From an uncultured Alphaproteobacteria bacterium (GTDB lineage: Bacteria; Pseudomonadota; Alphaproteobacteria; CBDUZE01), in contig CBDUZE010000002.1 in the NCBI GenBank assembly GCA_965371625.1, forward strand, positions 177,668-241,667: a DNA stretch of 64,000 nt. The letters are read 5' to 3'. Under the pieces are notes generated by a model. That model did no database searches. It was not told the DNA's origin and was given only the letters and a program-made list of their open reading frames with translations. How positions within the stretch are numbered: position 1 is the stretch's first letter; every line of letters begins with the position of its first letter. This document shows positions 57,086-64,000 of this stretch, one piece after another. The position numbers and the translations under genes are program-made.

Positions 57086-57709
57086 GTGACACTAAAGAGA
57101 AGGGATTTTCTTGCCTTCGCCCTCGGCGTCGCACCCTTCGCCGGGGCCTTCCCTTGGCGCTCTTCCGCGGCCTGGGCCGAAGCCTACGCCACCGGCGACA
57201 TGGCGCTCGGTTCGCCGGACGCGCCGGTCACGGTGATCGAGTACGCCTCAATGACCTGTCCCCACTGCGCCTACTTCCATGAGGAGAGCTTCCCCGACCT
57301 CAAGTCCAAGTACATCGAGACCGGCAAGGTACGCTTCATCTATCGCGAGTTTCCCCTCGACGGGGCGGCCCTGCGCGCCTCGATGCTGGCCCGTTGCGCC
57401 GGCGAGAAGCGCTTCTTCGCCTTCATAGAGGTGCTGTTCCGCGAGCAAGACCGCTGGCGGCTCTCGCCCGACCCGATCGGGGCGCTGGCCAAGCTCGGCC
57501 GCGTCGGCGGCATCGGAAGGAAGGACTTCGAGGCCTGCATGAACAACAAGGCGCTGGGCGACAGCATCCTCTCGACGCGGCTTGTCGGCAGCCAGAAGTT
57601 CGACGTCCAATCGACGCCCACCTTCATCATCAACGGCAAGAAGCACCCGGGCGCGCTCAGCATCGATCAACTCGCCCGCATCATCGACCCCCTGGTGGGC
57701 CAGGACTAG
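57086..57709 (+). CDS. DsbA-family thiol:disulfide oxidoreductase with Tat-type signal
   Basis: 'RRDFLAF' twin-arginine motif. Active site 'MTCPHCAYFH' (CPHC). C-terminal 'TPTFIINGK'. Confidence 0.8.
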   Translation: MTLKRRDFLAFALGVAPFAGAFPWRSSAAWAEAYATGDMALGSPDAPVTVIEYASMTCPHCAYFHEESFPDLKSKYIETGKVRFIYREFPLDGAALRASMLARCAGEKRFFAFIEVLFREQDRWRLSPDPIGALAKLGRVGGIGRKDFEACMNNKALGDSILSTRLVGSQKFDVQSTPTFIINGKKHPGALSIDQLARIIDPLVGQD

Positions 57710-57736
57710 GGCCAAGACGAACGACGGACCGCGCCG

Positions 57737-60700
57737 GTGCAATTCACCCGTTTGCGCCTCTCGGGCTTCAAGTCCTTCGTCGAGGCCACCGAGCTCCACA
57801 TCGAGCCTGGTTTGACCGGCTTGGTGGGCCCCAACGGCTGCGGCAAATCGAATATCGTCGAGGCGCTGGGCTGGGTCATGGGCGAGACCTCGGCCAAGCG
57901 GATGCGTGGCGAGGGTATGGACGACGTCATCTTCGCCGGTACCGTCGACCGCCCGCCGAGGAACCTGGCCGAGGTCTCGCTCCAGCTCGACAACGCCGAG
58001 CGGCGGGCGCCGGCCCAGTTCAACGAAGCCGAGGTGCTGGAGGTGATCCGCCGCATCGAGCGCGGCAGCGGCTCCGCCTACCGCGTCAACGGCCGCGAGG
58101 TGCGCGCCCGCGACGTCCAGCTGCTGTTCGCCGACGCCACCACCGGCGCCCGTTCGACGGCCCTGGTGAGCCAGGGCCGGGTCGACGCCCTGATCAACGC
58201 CAAGCCGACCGACCGTCGCGCGCTCCTGGAAGAGGCCGCGGGCATCACCGGCCTCCACTCGCGGCGCCACGAGGCCGAGCTCCGTCTGCGCGCGGCGGAC
58301 GTCAACCTGGAGCGCCTCGACGACGTGATGGCGGCCCTCGAGACCCAGCTTCTGGGCCTCAAACGCCAGGCCCGCCAGGCCTCGCGCTATCGCAATATCT
58401 CGGGCCACATCCGGCGCACCGAGGCGACCCTGCTCCATCTCCGCTGGGCCGCGGCCAGGGCCGAGACGCAAGCCGCCCAAGCGCGGCTCAAGGAGGCCGA
58501 GGCGGCGGTCGCCCGGCTCACCGCCGCGGCCGCCCGGGCGTCGAGCGCCGAGGCCGCGTCGGCCGCGCGGCTGCCGGGGCTCAGGGACGAGGAGGCCAGG
58601 TCGGCGGCAGGGCTCCACCGCCTGGCGGTGGCGCGCGAAGGTCTCGAGGCCGAGGAAGAGCGGGTGCGCGCCGACCAACGCCAATTGCAGGCACGCCTCG
58701 ATCAGATCGCCGAGGACACGGCCCGCGAGCAGGAGCTGGCGGCGGACGCGGCGGGAGCGCTGGCACGGCTCGAGGAGGAGACGGTCCGGCTCGAGGCAGC
58801 GCGAGGCGACGAAGAGACCGCCCGTGTCGCGGCCGGGGAGCGGCTCGACAAGGCGCGCGCGGCGCTCGGCGACCACGAGGGCGAGCTTCAAGCACTGACC
58901 GAGAAGGTCGCCGCCTCTGGCGCCCGGCGTCAAAGCCTCGGCCAGCGGATCAGCGATCTCGGCGAGCGCATCGCCGAGCTATATGGGCGTGCCCAGACCG
59001 CGGCGGCGGAGCGCGAGGGGCTCGAGGGAGCGAGCGGCGGCGACGACAGCGGCGCCGATGAGGAGGCCCTTGCGGCGGCCAAGGGGCGCGCCGGGACGGC
59101 CCGCGAGGCCGCTCGAGAAGCCGAGCAGGAGCGCGAGCGCGGCCAGGATCTGGAAGGCGAAGCGCGCGAGCGGCTCAAGGGCGCCGAGGAGGAGGTGGCC
59201 AAGCTCCGCGCCGAACGGGACGCGCTGGTCGCCCTCCTCGCGGTCAACGAGGACGACATGTGGCCGCCCCTGATCGACGCGGTGCGGGTCGAGGGCGGCT
59301 ATGAGCGCGCCCTCGGCGCGGCGCTCGGCGACGACCTTTCGTTTCCCGCCGACGAAGCCGCACCGGTGCACTGGAAGGTGCTCGAGGAAGACGACGAGGC
59401 CCCGGCCCTGCCCTCGGGCGCCGAAGCCCTGAGCCGCTTCGTCACGGCGCCGGCGGCGCTTACGCGACGCCTCGCGCAGATCGGCGTGGTGGCCGACGGC
59501 GAGGGGCCGAAGCTGGCGCTCGGGCTCAAGCAGGGACAGCGCCTGGTGACCCGTTCGGGGGCGCTGTGGCGCTGGGACGGCTACACGGTCTCGGCCGGCG
59601 CGCCGACCGCAACCGCGACCCGTCTCGGCCAGCGCAACCGGCTCGACGAGCTGCGCCAAGCGCTGGGGCCGGCGGAGAAGCGCGCCAACAAGGCCCGGGA
59701 CCAGTTCGACGCCGCCCACCAAGCCGCCCTGGCCGCGGTCGAACAGGATAGGGCGGCGCGCGCCGCCCTGGCGCAAGCCGACGACTCGCTACGCGCCACC
59801 GGCGAGGCCCGGGCCGAGGCGATCCAGCGCGCGGCCGCCGCCGCGAGCCGGCGCGCCGCCCTCGAAGCGACCGCGGAGCGCCTCACCGCCGAGCTCCAAG
59901 ATGCCGAGCGCCAGCGCGCCGAGGCCGCGGCGGCGGTGGCGGCGCTGCCCGGAGAGGACGCCGACCGCCATGCCCTCGCCGAGCTCCGCGAGACGGTCTC
60001 CGGCCTGCGCGACCGCTTGGGCCAAGCGCAAAGCGTGCACGATCGCCAGGGCGCCGAGGCGGCGGCTCGGGCGGCCAGGCTCGAGGCTGTGGTCGCCGAG
60101 GCGGGCTCGTGGCGGCGCCGCGCCGAGGCCGCCGGGCGCCAGCTCGAGGAACTGTCGAAACGCCACGCCGAGGTCGAGGCGGCGCTCGGCGCGCTTGCCA
60201 CCCGCCCGGGGCAAATCGCCGAGAAGCGCGCCGCCCTCTTCGCCCAGATCGGCAGCGCCGAAAAGGAGCGCGACCGGGCGGCGGATGCGTTGGCCGCCGC
60301 CGAGCGCGAGGTCGCGGATCTCGACAAGACCACCCGCGAGGCGCAGCAGGCGTTGACCGAGGGACGTGAGGACGGCATCAGGCGCGAGGCCGCGGCGAGC
60401 CAGGCCGACGCCCATGAGGCCGAGGTGGTGGCGCGCATCCGCGAGGCGCTCGACTGCGAGCCCGAGCGGACCTTGGAGCTGGCCGAGCTCAAGGATCCCG
60501 ACAACCCGCCCGACCTCGAGTGGGCCGAGACCCGGCTGGCGCGGCTCAAGCGCGAGCGCGACAACATGGGCCCGGTGAACCTGCTGGCCGAGCAGGAGGC
60601 CCTGGAAGTGGGCGAGCAGCTCGAGACCTTGCGCACCGAGCGCGCCGACCTCGAGGGTGCGATCGCCCGGCTGCGCCAGGGCATCAGCGCGCTCAACCGC

Positions 60701-61192
60701 GAGGGTCGGGAGCGCCTGCTGGCCGCCTTCGGCAAGGTCGACGAGCACTTCCGCGAGCTTTTCGTGCGCCTTTTCGGGGGCGGCCACGCCGAGCTCGCGC
60801 TCACCGAGTCCGACGACCCGCTCGAGGCCGGCCTGGAGATCATGGCGAGCCCCGCCGGCAAGCGGCTCCAGATGATGTCGCTGATGTCGGGCGGCGAACA
60901 GGCGTTGAGCGCGCTGGCGCTTCTGTTCGCCATGTTCCTCACCAACCCGGCGCCGATCTGCGTCCTCGACGAGGTCGACGCGCCCCTCGACGACAACAAC
61001 GTCTCGCGTTTTTGCGACCTGGTCGACGAGATCGCCCGCGCCACCGCCACCCGTTTCCTCCTGGTCACCCACAACCCCATCACCATGGCCCGCATGGACC
61101 GGCTCTTCGGGGTTACCATGGGCGAGCTCGGGATCTCCCAATTGGTCTCCGTCGACCTCGCCAGCGCGGAAGCCCTGAGGGAGGCAAGCTGA
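57737..61192 (+). CDS. smc: Chromosome segregation protein SMC
   Basis: Walker A 'GLVGPNGCGKSNIVEAL'. Long coiled coils and hinge. C-terminal signature 'LSGGEQALSALALLFA' and Walker B 'ICVLDEVDAPLD'. Confidence 0.9.
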   Translation: MQFTRLRLSGFKSFVEATELHIEPGLTGLVGPNGCGKSNIVEALGWVMGETSAKRMRGEGMDDVIFAGTVDRPPRNLAEVSLQLDNAERRAPAQFNEAEVLEVIRRIERGSGSAYRVNGREVRARDVQLLFADATTGARSTALVSQGRVDALINAKPTDRRALLEEAAGITGLHSRRHEAELRLRAADVNLERLDDVMAALETQLLGLKRQARQASRYRNISGHIRRTEATLLHLRWAAARAETQAAQARLKEAEAAVARLTAAAARASSAEAASAARLPGLRDEEARSAAGLHRLAVAREGLEAEEERVRADQRQLQARLDQIAEDTAREQELAADAAGALARLEEETVRLEAARGDEETARVAAGERLDKARAALGDHEGELQALTEKVAASGARRQSLGQRISDLGERIAELYGRAQTAAAEREGLEGASGGDDSGADEEALAAAKGRAGTAREAAREAEQERERGQDLEGEARERLKGAEEEVAKLRAERDALVALLAVNEDDMWPPLIDAVRVEGGYERALGAALGDDLSFPADEAAPVHWKVLEEDDEAPALPSGAEALSRFVTAPAALTRRLAQIGVVADGEGPKLALGLKQGQRLVTRSGALWRWDGYTVSAGAPTATATRLGQRNRLDELRQALGPAEKRANKARDQFDAAHQAALAAVEQDRAARAALAQADDSLRATGEARAEAIQRAAAAASRRAALEATAERLTAELQDAERQRAEAAAAVAALPGEDADRHALAELRETVSGLRDRLGQAQSVHDRQGAEAAARAARLEAVVAEAGSWRRRAEAAGRQLEELSKRHAEVEAALGALATRPGQIAEKRAALFAQIGSAEKERDRAADALAAAEREVADLDKTTREAQQALTEGREDGIRREAAASQADAHEAEVVARIREALDCEPERTLELAELKDPDNPPDLEWAETRLARLKRERDNMGPVNLLAEQEALEVGEQLETLRTERADLEGAIARLRQGISALNREGRERLLAAFGKVDEHFRELFVRLFGGGHAELALTESDDPLEAGLEIMASPAGKRLQMMSLMSGGEQALSALALLFAMFLTNPAPICVLDEVDAPLDDNNVSRFCDLVDEIARATATRFLLVTHNPITMARMDRLFGVTMGELGISQLVSVDLASAEALREAS

Positions 61193-61251
61193 GCCTCGCT
61201 ATTGTCAAAATTCTCTTCTATTTCAATAACTTAGAGGCGATCCCGCGGACC

Positions 61252-61280
61252 TTGACAGGCCCCGAACGAGCCCCTATCGT
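61252..61280 (+). promoter_or_regulatory. Putative sigma70 promoter (TTGACA-17-TATCGT) for the atpI-atpB-atpE-atpF2-atpF operon
   Basis: Perfect -35 hexamer and 17-nt spacer ~60 bp upstream of atpI. The preceding 61196-61250 is AT-rich. Confidence 0.4.
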
Positions 61281-61340
61281 GCACCCGCTTCTGCGGGGGG
61301 CCGGGGGCAAACCTGGGCTGCGGGGCGCCGGTATAAGGTA

Positions 61341-61682
61341 ATGAGCGAAGACGGCAGCCCTCCATCGCTCGAGGACCTCGACAGTCGCTTGAGGAAGGCC
61401 CGCAAGGCGCGCTGGCCGGAGCGCGACCCGGCCCAGCCAGGGAGCAACATGGGCCTGGGGTTGCGCCTCGCCATCGAGATGGCGGCGGCGGTCGCGGTGG
61501 CGGTAGCTATCGGCTGGTTCTTCGACGGTTGGCTGGGCACGCGTCCGTGGCTCATGATCGTGTTCCTGGCCTTCGGGTTTGCCGCCGGGGTATTGAACGT
61601 TTACCGTGTCGCCTCCCGCCAGGTAGGTTCCCCGGCCGCTCGGACGAGAACAGACGAATCGCGGGAAAGCGAAGAGAGTTAG
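61341..61682 (+). CDS. AtpZ/AtpI-family small membrane protein
   Basis: 113 aa with two TM ('LAIEMAAAVAVAVAIGWFF', 'WLMIVFLAFGFAAGVLNVY'). Immediately upstream of atpB. Confidence 0.6.
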   Translation: MSEDGSPPSLEDLDSRLRKARKARWPERDPAQPGSNMGLGLRLAIEMAAAVAVAVAIGWFFDGWLGTRPWLMIVFLAFGFAAGVLNVYRVASRQVGSPAARTRTDESRESEES

Positions 61683-61700
61683 CGAAGCCTGGGCGAGCGG

Positions 61701-62432
61701 ATGCTGGAAATCGGTGACCCCCTTCATCAGTTCGAGATCGGCCGCCTGATTGCGGTCGAGATCGCCGGTCTCGACGTGTCCTTCACCAAGTCGTCGGCCT
61801 TCATGGTCATCGCGGTGGTGCTGATCACGGGGTTTCTCACCGCCAGCATGCAGGGCCGGGCGATGGTGCCGGGACGCTGGCAGTCGCTGGCCGAACTGAG
61901 CTACGAGTTCATCGCCGGGATGTTGCGCGACAACGTGGGCACCGAGGGGCGACGCTACTTCCCCTTCGTCTTCAGCCTGTTCATGTTCATCCTGTTCTCC
62001 AACGCCCTGGGACTGCTTCCCTACAGCTTCACCGTCACCAGCCACGTCATCATCACCTTCGCCATGGCGCTGGTCGTCTTCATCGGCGTAACGATCATCG
62101 GCTTCGTCAAACACGGGCTTGGCTTTTTCGGCTTCTTCCTGCCCCACGGGGTGCCCTGGTACATCGCCCCGGTGCTGGTTCCGGTCGAGATCCTGTCCTA
62201 CCTGGTGCGGCCCGTGAGCCTGTCGCTGCGGCTCTTCGCCAACATGATGGCCGGCCACACCATGCTCAAGGTGTTCGCAAGCTTCGTCGTCGCGCTCGGC
62301 TTCTTCGGCGTGATTCCCTTCGCCCTGCTCATAGCGCTGACCGGCCTCGAGATCGTGGTCGCGTTCCTCCAGGCCTACGTGTTCACGATCCTCACCTGCG
62401 TTTACCTCAACGACGCGCTTCACATGCACTAG
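61701..62432 (+). CDS. atpB: F0F1 ATP synthase subunit a
   Basis: 'LSLRLFANMMAGH' with the conserved Arg. 5-6 TM. Confidence 0.9.
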   Translation: MLEIGDPLHQFEIGRLIAVEIAGLDVSFTKSSAFMVIAVVLITGFLTASMQGRAMVPGRWQSLAELSYEFIAGMLRDNVGTEGRRYFPFVFSLFMFILFSNALGLLPYSFTVTSHVIITFAMALVVFIGVTIIGFVKHGLGFFGFFLPHGVPWYIAPVLVPVEILSYLVRPVSLSLRLFANMMAGHTMLKVFASFVVALGFFGVIPFALLIALTGLEIVVAFLQAYVFTILTCVYLNDALHMH

Positions 62433-62523
62433 AGGGAAATGCGCCCCGATCCGGTGTTCTCCGGATCTTCCAGTGACGAACAACAACGGCCAGTGCCGAA
62501 CAACAACGGAAGGAAACCAAGCG

Positions 62524-62751
62524 ATGGAAGCAGACGCTGCAAAGCTGATTGGCGCGGGATTGGCGGCGATCGGACTCGGCGGTGTGGGGGTCGGCATCGG
62601 CAACGTCTTCTCGTCGATGATCTCCTCCGTAGCCCGCAACCCCGCGGCGGCCCCCGACGTCCAGCTCTTCATGTGGATCGGCTTCGCGTTGGTCGAGGCG
62701 GTGGCGTTCTATGCCCTCTTGATCTCGCTCTTGATCCTGTTCGTCTTCTAG
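62524..62751 (+). CDS. atpE: F0F1 ATP synthase subunit c
   Basis: ATG 'MEADAAKLIGAGLAAIGLGGVGVGIG...ARNP...FMWIGFALVEAVAFYALLISL'. Glu in helix 2. Confidence 0.85.
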   Translation: MEADAAKLIGAGLAAIGLGGVGVGIGNVFSSMISSVARNPAAAPDVQLFMWIGFALVEAVAFYALLISLLILFVF

Positions 62752-62799
62752 GCCCGGGCCCGGCCCGCTGCGGTTCGAGCCCAACAGACGGGACCCGAG

Positions 62800-63285
62800 A
62801 TGCCCCAGCTGGATCCAACCACCTTCGCACCCCAGCTGATCTGGCTCGCGATCACCTTCGTCGCGCTCTATCTGCTGATGGCGCGGGTGGCGCTGCCGCG
62901 CATCGCCCGGGTGCTCGAGGAACGCCAGGATCGCATCGCCGACGATCTCGAGCAGGCCGAGAAGCTCAGCGAGGAGGCGCGCGCCGCCGAGGCGGCTTAC
63001 GAATCGGCGCTGGCGGAAGCCCGCGAGGAAGCCCACGCGGTGGCTTCCCATGCCCGCGAGCGGGCCGCGGCCGAGGCCGCCGAGCGCGCCGCGGAGGACG
63101 GCCGCGCCCTGGCGGCGCGGGTCGCCGAGGCCGAGGCGCGCATCGCCGAGGCCAAGGGCGAGGCGATGGCCGAGCTGCGCGCCACCGCCAGCGACATCGC
63201 CCGGGCGGCGACGGCCAAACTGATCGGCCTCGAGATCGAGGCCGAGGCCGCGGCACGAGCGGTCGAGGCCGAGGGCAGTGGGTGA
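62800..63285 (+). CDS. atpF2: F0F1 ATP synthase subunit b'
   Basis: Single N-terminal TM 'QLIWLAITFVALYLLMA', then a long Ala/Glu/Arg-rich helix. Confidence 0.75.
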   Translation: MPQLDPTTFAPQLIWLAITFVALYLLMARVALPRIARVLEERQDRIADDLEQAEKLSEEARAAEAAYESALAEAREEAHAVASHARERAAAEAAERAAEDGRALAARVAEAEARIAEAKGEAMAELRATASDIARAATAKLIGLEIEAEAAARAVEAEGSG

Positions 63286-63761
63286 TGGACGCCAGCTTCT
63301 GGGTCGCCGCCGCCTTCGTCTTGTTCGTGGCGTTGATCGCCAAGCGGGGCTACCAGTTCATTACCGAGGGCTTGGATAAGCGGGCCGCGCGCATCAAGAC
63401 CGAGCTCGAGGAGGCGGTGCGCCTGCGCGAGGAGGCGCAAGCCCTGCTCGCCAGCTATCAGCGCAAGCAGCGCGACGCGGTCAGGGAGGCCGAGGAGATC
63501 GTCGAGCGCGCCAGGCGCGAAGCGGCGCGCATCGCCGAGCAGGCGGAGGAGGACCTGGCGGCAGCGCTCGAGCGCCGCACCCGGCTGGCGGAAGCCAAGA
63601 TCTCCCAGGCCGAGGCCCAGGCGCTGGCGGAGGTGCGCAACCAGGCGGTCGACATGGCGCTGGCGGCGACCCGCCGGCTGATGGCCGAGAACCTCGATGA
63701 GAGCCGCGCCGAGGCCCTCATCGACGAGGCCATCGCCGAGCTCGGCGACAAGCTGAACTAA
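63285..63761 (+). CDS. atpF: F0F1 ATP synthase subunit b
   Basis: ATG overlaps the atpF2 stop (ATGA). 'MDASFWVAAAFVLFVALIAKRGYQFI' TM plus coiled helix. The track ORF 62439..63761 is an in-frame GC-rich extension. Confidence 0.75.
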   Translation: MDASFWVAAAFVLFVALIAKRGYQFITEGLDKRAARIKTELEEAVRLREEAQALLASYQRKQRDAVREAEEIVERARREAARIAEQAEEDLAAALERRTRLAEAKISQAEAQALAEVRNQAVDMALAATRRLMAENLDESRAEALIDEAIAELGDKLN

Positions 63762-63764
63762 CCT

Positions 63765-64000
63765 TACTCCGCGGCGTCGCTCACCGGGCTGCCAGCGCAA
63801 GATCGGCTGGCGCGCGGCCCTGGTCTCGTCGAGGCGGCGGCGGGGCGCGAGCCGGGGCGCGCCGGTGAAGCGCTCGACCTCGCCCGCCTTGGCGGCGAGC
63901 GCCAGCGCCCTCAGTGAGGCGATGAAGCGATCCAGGCTCTCCTTGCTCTCGCTCTCGGTGGGCTCGACCAAGAGCGCGCCGTGCACCACCAGCGGGAAGT
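63765..64000 (-). CDS. gcvPB: Glycine dehydrogenase (decarboxylating) subunit 2, 3' end (partial, runs off the window)
   Basis: 'HGALLVEPTESESKESLDRFIASL...RRLDETRAARQPILRW' matches the GcvPB C-terminus. No in-frame stop appears until 62997, far into the antisense of atpF. A TAA in the +1 frame at 63765-63767 is the likely true end, implying a frameshift or sequence error near 63780. Confidence 0.5.

Noticed and set aside
62439-63761. 440-aa track ORF spanning atpE, atpF2 and atpF.
   Set aside because: It is an in-frame read-through of a GC-rich region. The real gene is atpF starting at ATG 63285.
62997-63989. 330-aa minus-strand ORF.
   Set aside because: Only the first ~70 codons (gcvPB C-terminus) are real. 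The remainder is antisense of atpF/atpF2.

Overview
This is a high-GC (~68-70%) chromosomal window that looks alphaproteobacterial, based on rnhB-ccrM synteny, a GTTC-N7-GTTC LexA box, a FixK/FNR box and an atpI-atpB-atpE-atpF2-atpF F0 operon.

The first ~24 kb is a large cell-surface polysaccharide locus. It starts with a Wzy-dependent O-antigen/EPS-type module (57-13252): DegT aminotransferase, SDR epimerase/dehydratase, WbqC, SAM-methyltransferase, six glycosyltransferases, two low-GC polytopic Wzy-like membrane proteins and a Wzz co-polymerase. It continues with a group-4-capsule-like yjbEFGH/gfc-type module (13312-23997). That module has a 1050-aa YjbH with four internal ~87-aa repeats, a 981-aa non-lipoprotein Wza/KpsD-like multi-SLBB exporter, YjbF, two tandem YjbE-like genes, a DUF3108-like protein and Wzi.

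Housekeeping genes follow: ispE, TPR lipoprotein, ETF-QO, family-4 UDG, Slt, MoaB, an MIO ammonia-lyase, a TIGR04283/TIGR04282 pair, and a LexA-box-preceded PA0069 radical SAM gene. A ~4 kb low-GC islet (about 38100-42150) then carries a eukaryote-like trypsin (S1) and a 700-aa subtilase (S8), both secreted, with no integrase or tRNA. Next come enoyl-CoA hydratase, a hicAB toxin-antitoxin pair with a promoter/operator, rnhB, and ccrM with three upstream GANTC sites.

An accessory segment at 46.3-54.1 kb is bracketed by an Ogt C-terminal remnant and the intact ada gene. It contains a ~1.2 kb segmental duplication carrying secreted pentapeptide-repeat proteins, flanking a decayed multiheme cytochrome c. 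It also contains a FixK/FNR-box-preceded operon for a divergent CuA-type heme-copper enzyme, whose subunit I appears by eye to have Tyr in place of canonical His ligands.

The window ends with mutY, DUF721, a Tat-signal DsbA, smc, the F0 ATP synthase operon and the 3' end of gcvPB. Many long antisense shadow ORFs typical of GC-rich DNA were ignored. The ORF track writes GTG/TTG starts as M, so several starts were re-derived from the sequence.
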